Assembly: GCF_009914755.1 (NCBI RefSeq) | Contig: NC_060932.1 | DNA length: 64,000 nucleotides | Strand: one strand, 5' to 3' | Source: the human T2T-CHM13v2.0 reference genome, Homo sapiens | In this document: piece after piece, positions 34,337-50,090 of the stretch | How the letters are laid out: the number at the start of each line of letters is the position of its first letter | How positions within the stretch are numbered: position 1 is the stretch's first letter | Made by a program: the position numbers and the translations under genes | The notes under the pieces: generated by a model | What the model saw: only the letters and a program-made list of their open reading frames with translations | Databases searched by the model: none | Told to the model about the DNA's origin: nothing

Positions 34337-35231
34337 TAAAAATAGCTTATTATTTTTAATTGAGACTGCTTTTGGACACAGTTTATAATTTTTTAATTCT
34401 AAATCTAAGCGAATAGTGTGAACACTTGTTAAAAGTACTTTCTATTGCTTCTTTGACTGTCTTGCTGAAATAAAGGAGTTGAGTGACAGAATCTTATTTA
34501 AGTAATAGTTTAATGTTAATAGTTGTAGGCGTAGCAATTTTTTTCTAGTGGTATCAAAGTAGTCTAAATTCCACTTAATTCTAGAAGTAAATGAGGAAGT
34601 ATGTTTGTAGTGAGAGTCAGTGCAGATACTTTAATTCCTCTGAGGTAATAACATACTAGGGAATAAGAATGATCGAGGGGATAATGTCTAAGAATGACTT
34701 TATTCATTTATTTATGTATTTTTTTAGCGTGTGTGTTTTGCTTAAACTATAATAGGATGGTCTCAGGAATCCAAGTGTACCACACTAATCTTGAACATTT
34801 TATTTTAATAGACTTTTTGTTTTGTGTGTTTATTAGAGAATTTAAAATCTCCAAATCAGGGATATTCTTCAGATAACTACTCTACTAATTGGGACTCTTT
34901 TGAGCAACTTAGTGACTGGACTTCTGGCTTACTTCTGCTTAACTGTTTCATTTTCAGGTGAAGAGTAATGCTGGGTTTTGTGTTATAGTACACTTTGCAA
35001 AAGTTGCATCTTTTCATAAGGATGTATGTTGTGAGTTTATTGCTTGATATTTTAAAGAGATGTAGACACTTCTAGAAATTTATCTTAAAATATACTTCAA
35101 CGTGTGTAAAGTGGCACATACCAAAGTATTTAATGCAACATCATTGGTATACTAACAGAGACTTGAAACAACCTAAATGTCCATCAGGAGAGTACTGAGT
35201 AAATAAACTATGATACATCCATTCTTTATAA

Positions 35232-35580
<349 letters not shown>

Positions 35581-36579
35581 TTTTCTTTCCTTTTTTAAAA
35601 ATGCAAATTAACAAAAATGTTGGAGAATAATGTTTCAATACAATATTAAGGGGAGAAGGAAGATGCTAACCAATGTGTATAATATGGTGCTTTTTGGTTA
35701 AAAAGTTATTGTCTGTATAGTAAGTGTATGTTTGGAAATATATCATCTTTGAAAAGGCAGAGAAAAAACTGGAAACAGTTCTATAGAGGAGCTGAGCAGT
35801 TGGAGGCAAAGGTAGGAAAGCTGATTTTCATTAAATAAAAGCCTTTTGCATTCTATACTATTACCTATTATAAAATAAATACATAAATAGGAAGGAATAA
35901 ATCCATTTTCAAGCCTAAAATATCTGAACTGCATTATATACAGTATGCATACCGTTGTTTGTAATCTTCCCTTTCAGGCTTTTTACTAGCTTCATTACAG
36001 TCGGTGTTCCATGGCTTTCTGTTTACACATTTGTACCTACATAGCTAATGAGCTTAAGCTTAGAGTCATATAAATCCAAATGAATACTTCTGTTTTCTGA
36101 ATTGGGTTTCTTTTAGGGAAAGTGATGAGGTTTGTGCCAGACCTGGTAATAAGTCTTGTTTCTTGTGTTCTGATGAAATATGTGCCTCAGCACAATTCTT
36201 CACTGAAATATTTTGGGTCATGATTAGCACAGCTATTTTGTCTTATCCTTAGCTAAAGTTTATTCCCTATTTTTAAGATACATTTCCACTCTTAATCTGC
36301 TCCCTATGTTCCTTGCTTTCTGTTATACTCAAACCAATCAAATTAGTAGTTCACCACCTTACCCATTTATGTCGTTGAAAATAACCAGTCAATGAAATAG
36401 ATAATTTTAGAGGAATGTGTACTTTGGTTTTTCAGGTACTAGTCAGGAAGAACACAAAGTGTTAGGAAAATGGTGTTTCATGGGAGAAAATACCACAAAC
36501 TATTAAGAGTGGCAGCAGGGAGGTGTTCATTTGTTTTCTGTAGGTTAAAGGGGAGAGGGGTAATTGACTCAGGGAGGAA

Positions 36580-36800
36580 TAACAGTGGTTTAGGGCTCAT
36601 CTAGACTTGAGTTCAAATGTTAGTTCTGCCACTTTAGCAGTTTGGGAAGGACAAATCATTTAAACTCTCTAGGCCTCCATTTCCTTATATGTACAGTGGG
36701 GATGCTAATGATTCTACCTATCTCATAGAATTGTTGTGAGAACTAAATCCATGAAAACCAGTGGCACACTATTTGGCAGGAACCCTTAATAGCTATTATA
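36580..36800 (+). mobile_element. MIR
   Basis: gagttcaaatgttagttctgccactt...aacatttaaactctctaggcctccatttcc MIR core. Confidence 0.7.
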
Positions 36801-36987
36801 TTACAACCCAACAACAACATCTATCTTGGTTGCACCTTTTGTTGGTATGACCTTACATAAATGACTTAACCTTTCCAAGATTCTCGTGTATTTCCTTCCA
36901 GTAAGATGGATGTAGTAATAATAGTGGCCAGCCTCCGTGTTCTCATGAGGATGAACTGAAGTGAGGTTCACAGTATACTTAGCATAG

Positions 36988-37345
<358 letters not shown>

Positions 37346-37383
37346 CTTTAGCACATCTTTTGAACCAATTCAGTGTTATTTAA

Positions 37384-37599
<216 letters not shown>

Positions 37600-37986
37600 T
37601 GATAATAATGGCCTTTGGACATACAATAGACTTGATTGAACCTAAAGATTACTCTTCTGTGCTGTAGGTAGGGCTTCATTTAGAAGAAAGAAAAATGAGT
37701 GGCTAATATCAAAGCACTTGTAAGACAAAAATGAATGTGTCCTCATATAGCTGAGGTGGCCATTGCTTTGCTCCCTATGGTGACTGTGAAGGGAGCGACA
37801 TTCTGTAGAGAGAGTTTTCTTCCCAATGATCTAATTCTTATTGCTGGATCTCTGCAACAATTTTCTTCTTCAGGCAGAAGCAGCTTACATTGTGAATTTC
37901 TTTATTTTGTATCATTCATATGACTGTGCAACATGTTCTATTATTTAAGCAGTTGTCAGAAGAAAAAAGTTTAAAGGACCAGATAA

Positions 37987-38085
<99 letters not shown>

Positions 38086-39449
38086 TAAGTTCAGGAATCC
38101 TAAATACGAAGGTGAAAGCCACAGAGAATCTTTTGTTTTGTTTTTTTAAAAATATGTAAGATCCAGTATAACTGCTTATTCATTAAAGTAGTCAGAATTT
38201 CAATTTTGAGAACAGATTAATACAGCATTCTATAACTGAACACTTTAGCATGTTCTCATTAATAGAAATATTTGAGAAATGCATCCAGTGATTCAACAAG
38301 TATTAGTGTACCCACTAGGTATAAAGTAAGATGTAAGTATTCCCTGTTTTTTATGAAGTTTGTGCCCCATGGTGGGGCACAAATGACAAACAGATAAACA
38401 AATAACTATTTGCAAATCCTGGGAAGTCCTTCGAAGGGAAAAATGAGAGTACTCTAACAGAGAACAACTAACGGGAACCTACTTTGGGTTGGGTGGTCAA
38501 GGAGATTTCTTGGAAGGGGTAATTTGTTTAAATTGTGTTTGGTAAAGAGCATGATGTGGGAGTACGCAGAGAAAGAGCATTCTTTGAACAGAAATGCTGA
38601 AGTAAACAAAGACCCCGAAGAAATTGTTTTTCAAGGAAATGAATATGATAGGTGTGATTGGAACTTGGTAAATCAGAAGAAAGGGAGATGAAAAAATTGG
38701 GGGATGTAGGCAGGGACTAAATTATGTACAGCGTTATAGGCTAATTAAAGAACTGAGATGTCAAAGAAAAATTAGACAGCTTTGAAGAGTTTTAAATAAC
38801 AAGTAATGAATCCCAGAAAAATCGGCCAGAAAACAGTATAGGGAAGGATTTGGATGCAAGGGTGAATGCAGGGAGAGTAGTTAGAAAATTGTTATGGTTA
38901 CCCAGGCCAAAGATGACATCCTAGAGATAGGTGATTCTTTCAAGAGGTCAAAACTATTTTCATACTAAGCCATTATTTGCCTTTTTATCATTTTGAAATT
39001 TCTGCTTGTGGTGCAAAAGCAATGGTTTGTGAACCTGCTTGTGCCTTAGCACAAATCAAGGCAGTGGCACCAAACTGCTACCTCTATTCTTCAACACCAT
39101 ACCCTTGAGGTTTAAAGAAAAAAAAAAAAAAGAAAAAGGCAAGTTTGTTGAAGTTCTTTATGAAGCAGTAAAAATTACTAACTTTATTAAATCTTGATGC
39201 TTGAGTATATGTTTTTTTAACATTTGTGTGACAAAATAGGAAGTCTGAAATAGCACTTGTGCACACCAGAGAATGATTTTCTTGAAGGAAAGCTTTTGGG
39301 CAGTTGTTTGAGTTGAAAGCTGAACTAGCTTGCTTTCTTTTATGGAACACTATTTTTACTTGAAAGAATGACCCACCAACAGTTTATGTAGACTTAGGTA
39401 TTTGACAGACATTTTCTTGAGAAGTAATGATGTTAGCTTGTCATTTTAA

Positions 39450-39886
<437 letters not shown>

Positions 39887-39973
39887 TAATTAAATGTGTC
39901 AACATTTAGAAAATCCTTATAATTTGATGAGCCATTATTTTCAAATGATCAGTGAATGCTGCAACGAATGTTA

Positions 39974-40444
<471 letters not shown>

Positions 40445-40705
40445 TTATCTGACAAGATGAGTAATCTCCATTTCTAACTATTTATCTGTGTGGGGCTATA
40501 GATTAAATGTACAACTAGATATCAAAATCCATATGTTTTCTATTACACCAGATATTTAAAAGATTTCCAAAACTAAAACAAAATCACTCTTTCCACTATT
40601 TTTTTTGGAAGTAGTTGGGTTTTTCCCATTAAAATGTTATGTTTATTTTCATATCAAAGTGAATTAATATTTTTTAAACTTCTGTTTTAACTTCTAATCC
40701 AGTAA

Positions 40706-41051
<346 letters not shown>

Positions 41052-41667
41052 AGGTTGACAGTATTTTTAAGAGTGAAAAGGAGTCCTGTCACCAAAATTT
41101 GAAGACCTCTGCCTTCAATAAAAGTGATAGATCCATATGTATACACACATGCGCGCGCGTGTGTGTGTATTGAGAGAGAGATTTTTGAGTCAAAGGGAGA
41201 ATTAAAATAGATTTCAAATTTTGTGAAAGGAAAGTAATTACCACCCACTGATTTCTGTTTTCTCAAAGTATAAGGAGAAGTCACTGGCTAAGAGTGAAGA
41301 AAGGAAAAACTTTTGAGAGAAAGAAGGAATTGGGAGAATTGTTAGAGAATAGGCAAGTATTCATTAGAGGAACACGGCTAAGATTGCTAGGCAAAATTGG
41401 ATTGCTCACTTGGATTAGAGCATGAAACAAGTTGACAGCAAAGAGCATAAGCTTCCTTTCCCCACCACAGCCCCCTCCCCACCCATAGCAACTCGAAAGC
41501 AGCAAAAGTTTTTGAAGAGTGGCATAAACTGGTATGTCTTTTTAGCAAAAAGTAAAAAAGAAACAAAACAAAACAAATAGACCCAAAGAATTCTCTGATG
41601 GTCCAGATAAGAGATGATGGGGAAGCATATACAAAGGGATGTAGTGGCAGTAGAAATGATGAGGAGG

Positions 41668-41872
41668 AGCCTGGGCAACATGACAAAACTTCGTCTCTAC
41701 AAAAAAAAATACAAAAGTTAGCTGGCCATGGTGGTATGCGCCTGTACTCCCAGCCACTCCAGTGACTGAGGTGGGAGGAGGGAGGATTGCTTCAGCCTGG
41801 GAGGTCGAGGTTGCAGTGAGCCGAGACAGTAGCCTAGGCGACACAGCCAGACCCTGTCTCCAAATAAATAAT
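41668..41872 (+). mobile_element. 5'-truncated Alu
   Basis: Begins at agcctgggcaacatg; right arm follows. Confidence 0.85.
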
Positions 41873-43002
41873 CAGGAGAAAAAATGGAATATTTGGTAGA
41901 TAGAATGACAGAATTTGGCAAAGGCTATATGTGAAAGATGTAAGAGAACAGAAAGTGACTGGTTGTCTTGTATAGGAAGTATTAAAAAATAATTTTTTTT
42001 TCTGACCTTGTTATCATACTCTACCTTGAAGTATAAAGGGGAGGGCAGTATATGGTCTGCTTAGTTGCTGCTATTAATATCTTTAACTTCATTTAAAATA
42101 CAAAGAATACAGTCTTAGAACAGCACTGTTTTATTTAGATGCCTTGTTTCAAAGGCTCTTTCCTGACTCTGACATGGGAGGGTCAAGGGCACATGGAAAG
42201 TGGTGACAGTGGTAAGAAGGCACCTGGATAATCTCTGGAAACCTTCCACATGGGAAAATGAAGGTACAGAAGGGTTCTGACTTACTCAGGGCTATCTCAC
42301 TAGTCACTGCTACTGTAGGGACCAAAACCCTGAACACCCGAATCCTAATCTAGCTACTCAGTGCTGTACCTCACAAAACGAAATGTTATTCCACCTTTGT
42401 AAACTGAAAAATAATAGTTATTTTAAGCATTTTTTAGTATTTTAAAATTTTTATCAGTTAATACCAGAATGGAATTGAGTATGGCAAGATTGAAAAAGTG
42501 TCATTTTAGAAGAGTTTATATATGTGGTTAGATTATTTGAAAAGACAAAGAAACATATATATTTGTTAATTGACTGTCTCTACCCCAGAATGTAAATTCC
42601 ATGAAGACAGGGATTTTAGTTTTCTTCACTGTATCACTAGCTTATCAGTTATATAAAAAATTCTCGGTAAATGACTGATGAATGAGTGACTGAGTGGATG
42701 AAAGAAATGGACTCTTATCCTAAGAGAACTTAAGAGGACTCATGACACATGTAACAGGAATAGTAAAAAGAAAATGAATTTTTTTTTTTTTTAAAAATTG
42801 TCTTTATCCATATTGCTACACTTATTATTTGTAATTCCATTTTCCTCTTGGAGATGTTAAAATAGTTTTTATATGTAAGTCTTAAATTTAGATTACTCTA
42901 AATACTTCTGGCAAAATTTTAACATATATAGTATACATATATCCATTCAGCATTTCTATGTGCTTTGAAAAGTATTCTATTAGATTTTTTTCATTTTATT
43001 GA

Positions 43003-43134
<132 letters not shown>

Positions 43135-44190
43135 ATGTGGCTTCTTATTTTGGAGGAGCTCTTGCATTTAAATACCCCAGCCAAGAAAAATTGCACAGAT
43201 AGTGTATATAAGCTGTTCATTCTGTACAGTGAATTTTCCGAACCTCTCAAAGTATGTTTTCCGTTCTTCCACAGAAATATGCAAAACAGTTCATCCTTTT
43301 CTACTTTATTTATTGTTCCCTTGAAATGACTGACCAGGAAAAAGATCATCCTTAAATTTTGAAGCAAGTGAGAGACTTTATTAAAAATACATATATATCT
43401 ATATAAACATATATGATAGTGGCTCTAGTTTTATAGAGCTCCAAGTGTATTAAACATGACAGCCATTCATTCATAAAGATCTGGATTTGCTTTACCTTGT
43501 TAATATTATCTAGGGGAAAAAGTGCAAATTGCTCCATGTTCTTCTCTCCCTTATGTAACATCTCCTGAGGGTGTTTAGTTGCATGGCTGTTCAGAAAGGT
43601 ATTAAGGGCTTAGGCCAAATCTTACTTTGAGTATGTTAAAAAAAAAAAAATGCTGCTGGCTTTTCTGAAGACAGGTGCTTGAACTTGTCAGTTTGTTTTA
43701 AATAAATACAATAGTTGAAAATTTTTCTCTGTTACATCAGTAATATTGTTAAAGTAATGGATAGAACCATAACTTACACATGAAAGTCATATACTAGATC
43801 CAATACTATTTAGTTTATTATTGAAATTGGAAGGATTCATTGAGCAGCATAGAAGTTTGTTTACATGTTACTTTGAGATGCTAGGTATTTGTGGAATTAA
43901 AAAGAATCAGGCTCTTTTGTACTTTGTTTTTAAATCTGTGATGCTTTTCAAATTTAATTCATAATAAATTGATGCAATTTCATACTTAGGAACATACAAA
44001 AGGTAATGTAAACTCTGCCACTTTTTTGTGTTCAAAATTTTGGTTTTTATGAAGCCAGATGGATTGAAGAGTTACATAAGCATTTGAATGCTCTAATATA
44101 AGGCTAATGATTTTCTGTTAGTGTTTGAATATCTTCATTCCTCTCAAATTCATAACAGTTCTATTTAACTGAATTAAATAACCATATGAA
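43135..44190 (+). other. WWP1: WWP1 3'UTR (end approximate)
   Basis: AU-rich unique sequence after the stop; polyA hexamers AATAAA 43701-43706 and 43963-43968, ATTAAA 44173-44178. Confidence 0.75.
44173..44178 (+). terminator. Candidate WWP1 polyadenylation signal (ATTAAA)
   Basis: ATTAAA followed by an A-run and T-rich downstream sequence. Confidence 0.55.
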
Positions 44191-46769
44191 AAATCTTTTG
44201 GGTCTCCCCCTTTTTACACAGATAATTATTTTTGTCATAACACTTTTTAATTGTTTTTCATCATAGGGGCCTTTGCTGAACTACAAAAATGTGTAACAAA
44301 TTAAAATCTGATGTGAATGATATTAATGCTACTTTTAGCAAACTGGGCTTCCTAATACAAAATTTTAAATTTCCATTTGTATCATGCTTTTAATATGCAC
44401 TGTAAATTTCATTAACTTAAACATTTTTTAATAGCCATGGAACTGACTTCTTAAAATCTGTTGCCTATAAATATTTCACTGCTAAGTACATACAGAAAAA
44501 CAGTAATTATTGTTTTGCCAAAATTTTATTTTTCTACATATTGAGAGTGTGTTCTCCATTTTATTCAGAATTCATAGTAAAGACGAAAGAAAGGCAGAGA
44601 TCTGCTTGGTTGAATAGACTCCTTTTCCAAATCCTTATTATGAACACTCTGGTAATTTTCAAGCCTAAAGAATTAAAAAAAAAATTCTAATGTATGTGAC
44701 AGGTTATGTGATAGAGGGAAACTGGCCTTCAAAAAGGACTGCGTATACCATAAAAGAGTTAAGTATTAGAATTACAAATGGTACCACTGCTGTATAAATT
44801 TTGCCATGACAGAAGTTATTGAATATCATTCATTGTAGGTATGATTTAGCAGATTTGACTGAAGAAGGCAGCTTTCCAGTTCGTTTTCAGGGTGCTGGTC
44901 TTCCTCAAGTAAGAAATTACGATGCACTAGGTGAGGCTACACAGAACCCTACAAGAGACAAAACCAGCTTTGTTTTGGAGAATTCATCAGGGTCTTCCAC
45001 TTTTCATACCCAATTATAGATATCCAAGACCTACAGGCAGAGCTCTTGATTTATCTACCCAGTAGCAGTCAGAAAAACTGTAGAAATATGGTCCCCCACT
45101 CACCTTCTCCCCTTCTTCCCTTCCCGTTCCTGTTCTGTGCTGGACTAACCGAAAGAAATTAGGAGTGCAAGACTCTCTGTGCCCAAAACACAGTTCATGA
45201 GGAAACAGACAAGAGGGAGGCTCAGAGACAGGTTTATATTGCTACTTCATTTTGGTGACTCCCCCACCCCCACCACCAGTAAATGGCCCAGGGAATAGCT
45301 CACAGGCCCAACACAATTCTGTCTGTTAGATCAGTTAAGCAACACAATTCTATCTGTTAGATCAGTTTAGTTGTTTGTCTTCCAGGGAAAGCAGCTTACC
45401 AGTGTTTTTTTTGTTTGTTTGTCCCGCCCCCCCCCATGTACTTCCCAAGTAGTTGAAAATGAAAAGGTTAACAAAACCTTTTCCCCTGATGACTTCTGTT
45501 AACTACCTAGCTCTTCCTACCCTGACAACTAAATAGGATGGTATGTGTCAACTGTATTTATTGCCATGCAGCTTTGCTTTTGGTAAATATGACCCTGACT
45601 GGTAAGTTGCATCTGGACTGGGAAATCTCCAGATACACGACAGAAAGCCACAGCTTTGGGCATACCTGAGTGGAAAACTCTTGTAACTGTATGTCCTTTA
45701 AGGAGGACCGTGAGCTGTCACCTGGGGAGATACCATTTCATAGATTGCTGTTAGAAGACCGTCTTCTGAAAGGAGGTTCAAAATTGTCCTGCTGGTGAGC
45801 TGTGTGGTTCCTGTCCTATAGCCTTCTGAGTAGACTGGTGCCAAATACAGCCTATTGTAGACTTACTAAGTCTGAATGTTTGGTTGAACCTAAGATGATT
45901 TGGTGGATGTTGCAGAAGTAAAAATCTTCCTCTGTTGAAATAATACACAACTAAAAGTTCTCCTGTAACACTCAGTTGGCCTTAAAAGCCAAGCTTTAGG
46001 TCAACTGAGGATTTGATCTAAGTCCAAAAGTGACATCTCCTATATTCCAAAATTTCTCTCCTCAATTCTCAACCAAGAACAAAATCAGAGATAATAGTAG
46101 TTGTATTTACTGGTATTCATGGTAAATCCTTTACATAAATTATTCTCTTGATCCTTACAATTCCATGAAATTGGTGGGGTTGTCTTTAATGATGCTTATT
46201 TTATACATGAGGAAAGTGAGTATGAGAGAAGCCATTTTTACAACACCCACAGCTAGTACACAGCCCATGATTAAAAACTCAGTTGAGATAACTTGGCCAT
46301 CAAGAAATTGAGAGCTTTTAGGTTCTTATAGAATCATGGCCATTTTCCAAAATCAGTATTCTACTCATATCCTCAAAAGGAAGGAAGGAAACATCTATAA
46401 TGGAGAGATATAGCCTATGTATGTAATAACACTTAGAACACAGAGTACTACCAACTTACTTTGATATACATGTACGTGGGGAAATAAGCATCTCAATCCA
46501 GCAGTCAGCTCTGGAATCCACACAAGAACAATCAGGTGGGGGCTGCACGGGAAGGAGAATGTAAGGGATTCCTGGGGTTTGTTCTCAGTAATGGGTCTCA
46601 CCCTTAGTGGGGAAACGTCACGGACCAATGTGACACGTGGGGAATCAGGCTCCTGGGAAGTCAAATGGAAGAGACTTAGTGCACAGAATCAGAATCTTGG
46701 GAAGGCACCATGTCTTGCAGAAGAAACCTAACCCTCAGAGAGTAAAGGGGAAAAATGAAGATAAAAGGA

Positions 46770-47450
46770 CCCAGGAGCCACACTCCTGGGCATGTATCCC
46801 AGAGAGATAAAATCTATGTAGACATAAAAACCTGCATATAATGCTCATAGCAGCTTTATTTGTAATAGCTAAAAATCAGGAATAACCTAAATGCCCCTCA
46901 GCATATGGTTGATATGGTATGCCCATAAAATGAAATACTAGTCAACTGTAAAAAGAAACAAACTATTGATAGAACTTAGGTCTCAAGGGAATTATGTTGA
47001 GTGAAAAAAAGTATCACAGGGTCTCACTGTATGATTCCATTTGTATAACATTGTTGAAATAACAAAATTATGGAGAACAGATTAGTGCTGTCAGAGTTAG
47101 GGATGGGTGGGGGAGAGGAGGAGGTAGATGGGTGTGACTGTAAAGGGACAGCACTGGGGATCTTTGTGATGACGGAACAGGTCTGTATCTTGATTATGGT
47201 GGCAGTTACCAAAAATCTACATGTGATAGAATTGCATACAACTATACACACAAGAGCATTTAAAAGTGGTAAAATTTAAATATAAGGTCTGTGGTCTGTA
47301 CCAATGTCAGTTTCCAGGTTTTGCTATTGTACTACAGGTTATATGAGATGTTAGCACTGGGATAGGCTGAGAGAAAGGTACACAGGATCTTTTTTTTTTT
47401 TTTTTCAATTTGTGAATCTATGATTTTTTGAAAGTAAAAATATTTTTTAA
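46770..47450 (+). mobile_element. L1MC/MD 3' end
   Basis: cactcctgggcatgtatcccagagag..gcagctttatttgtaatagc; L1M 3'UTR motifs. Confidence 0.75.
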
Positions 47451-48454
47451 AGTTCTAATAAGGAATCAGGAGGTAAGACCTCCATAAAAAGCTTTATTAT
47501 TGAATGATACCTGATCTCACAAAAAACAAACAACTAAGCAGAAAATATTCTTGAACTAACCCAGACCCTTTCTTCCCATTTGATGACCTAGTATTGCTGG
47601 TAACTCAACATAAAATTACACCCCTAGGGAAAAAAAATAAAGTCACTCTAAAGAGAAATTGAAAATGAGAAAAAGGAGAGTAAACTTTAACACAATATGC
47701 TAATATGAATTAAATTATTAGATATTTAAAAAACCTGAAATAGCAACTTAAAAACTCAGAACTGGACAAACAAAATGCAGATGTGAATGACTGGCTAAAA
47801 TCAGGAAAAAAATTCGGAGAAAAAGACAAACACATATCAGATGTGAAGGCAATTATAAAGTATCTAAGGAAGAAGAGATACAACCAAATGTAAAATAAGG
47901 GATATGGAAGATATAAATGAAAAGAGCCAAGAAAATGAAACAAAAAGGCTAAAAGAAAAATCAGTAAGTGATAAATGTGAAAGTCAGGCAAAGATCTAAT
48001 AGAACTAATTTGAGTCCTGGAAATAAGTTGGAACAGCGGTTCTCAAAGTGTGGTCAATTAGACCAATCTGGAATGCGAGAGAATCTATGACAACCGGACT
48101 GGCCTATTCAAAAAGTCAATGTTGCAAGAAGAAAAAGATGGGGAACTGTTGTGGATGGAAAGATTAGCAACAAATCAAATGCAATGTATAATCTTTGGAT
48201 CCTGATTTTAGAAAGCATGAGACATCTTGGGGACATTTGAGAAAATTTGAATATGGGTAGATATTAGATGATGTTAGAGAACTGTTAACTTCTCCAGTTG
48301 TGATAATGGTTTTGTGTTTGTTTAGGAAGATGTCTTTATTCTGAGAAAATGCATGCTGACACATTTGGGGTGAACTATTATGATGCTTGCAATCAGTTTC
48401 AAAAGGTTTAGAAATGTATGTGTCTATACACACACAAACACACATGTATAAATA

Positions 48455-49335
48455 CAGGTTGAACATCCCTATTTCCAAAAATCTGAAACCTGAAATTCGT
48501 GCTCCATAATTCAAAACTTTCTGAGCACCAAAATGATGCTACAGGTAGAAAATTCCACATCTGACCTCACATAACAGGTCACAGTCAAAATGCAGGTGCA
48601 CAACACAGTTTATTCGGTCTCCCTAAAGGAAAAAACCCATTTTAAAAAGCCATCCAGCAGAATGCCACATCCCTAGAAAGATCCACTTCCTGGCCCTTCA
48701 GCTGCTTCTGTTTCTCTTCACCTACAAAAATAAAATTACAGTATACAATAACCTTTTAAAATACAGCATCATTAAGTGGGAAACTGAAAGCCTGCCATTG
48801 TTGTTGCCGTTTAACAGCTGATACAGGTTTCTGGTGATGCTACTGTTGCCTAGCTACCCTGACCACATTATTTTTTCACTGTATCAGTGGTGTGTCATAT
48901 TTTTTTTTTTGCCATCCTTGTTCCTATGCGAGTTATGTCATATTTTTTACTGTTAAGTACTTATGCATGAATAAGTATAAGAAAATAACTGCTTATTGGT
49001 AGCATATACATTCAGTCAGGAATGATGGTGACATCAACCAACCACAAATTACCCACATGAGTGGCTGAGATAATGACACCTTTGCTTTCTGATGGTTCAA
49101 GGTATGCAAACTTGGTCTCAATGCACAAAATTATTAAAAATAATGTTATATAAAGTTACCTTCAAGCTATGTGCATAAGGTATATATGAAACAAGTGAAT
49201 TTGTGTTTAAACTTGGGTCCCATCTCCAAGATATCTTATTGTGTGTATGCAGGTATTCCAAAATTTGGAAAAACATCCCAAATCCAAGATGCTTCTACTA
49301 GTCCCAAGTATTTCAGATAAGGGATACACAACCTA
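48455..49335. mobile_element. Tigger4 (Zombi/MER46)-like DNA transposon, internally deleted
   Basis: TA|caggttgaacatccct... and ...gataagggatacacaaccta|TA terminal inverted repeats. Confidence 0.78.
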
Positions 49336-49725
49336 TATAGCAAAATCACTGAATCTAAGAGATGGGTATACAAAGATCACTACTTTCAGTTTTCCTTTTT
49401 GTTTGAAAATGTACATGACAAACATATCCATACAGTTCATTGTAACATTACAATTCCCAAATCCTTTGGGAAAAATCCACCTACACACACAGTCTCTCTT
49501 TATCTAAGTGGATTCAAGATGCTCCTTTTTACAAAACTTAAAAAGATTTTGCAGTGGTGGCACTCCAGCCTCAAGTGAGTAGCATAGTCCTGCCTATTTA
49601 AAAACATCTTAGTATTCCATTTCACTCTTAAGTTTTGTGTTCCTTCCATTCCATTAGGGAATAGAACTTTGCATCTGATGACAAATTCAGTTTACCATGA
49701 GACTACACCACATTTAAAGTAAACT

Positions 49726-50090
<365 letters not shown>

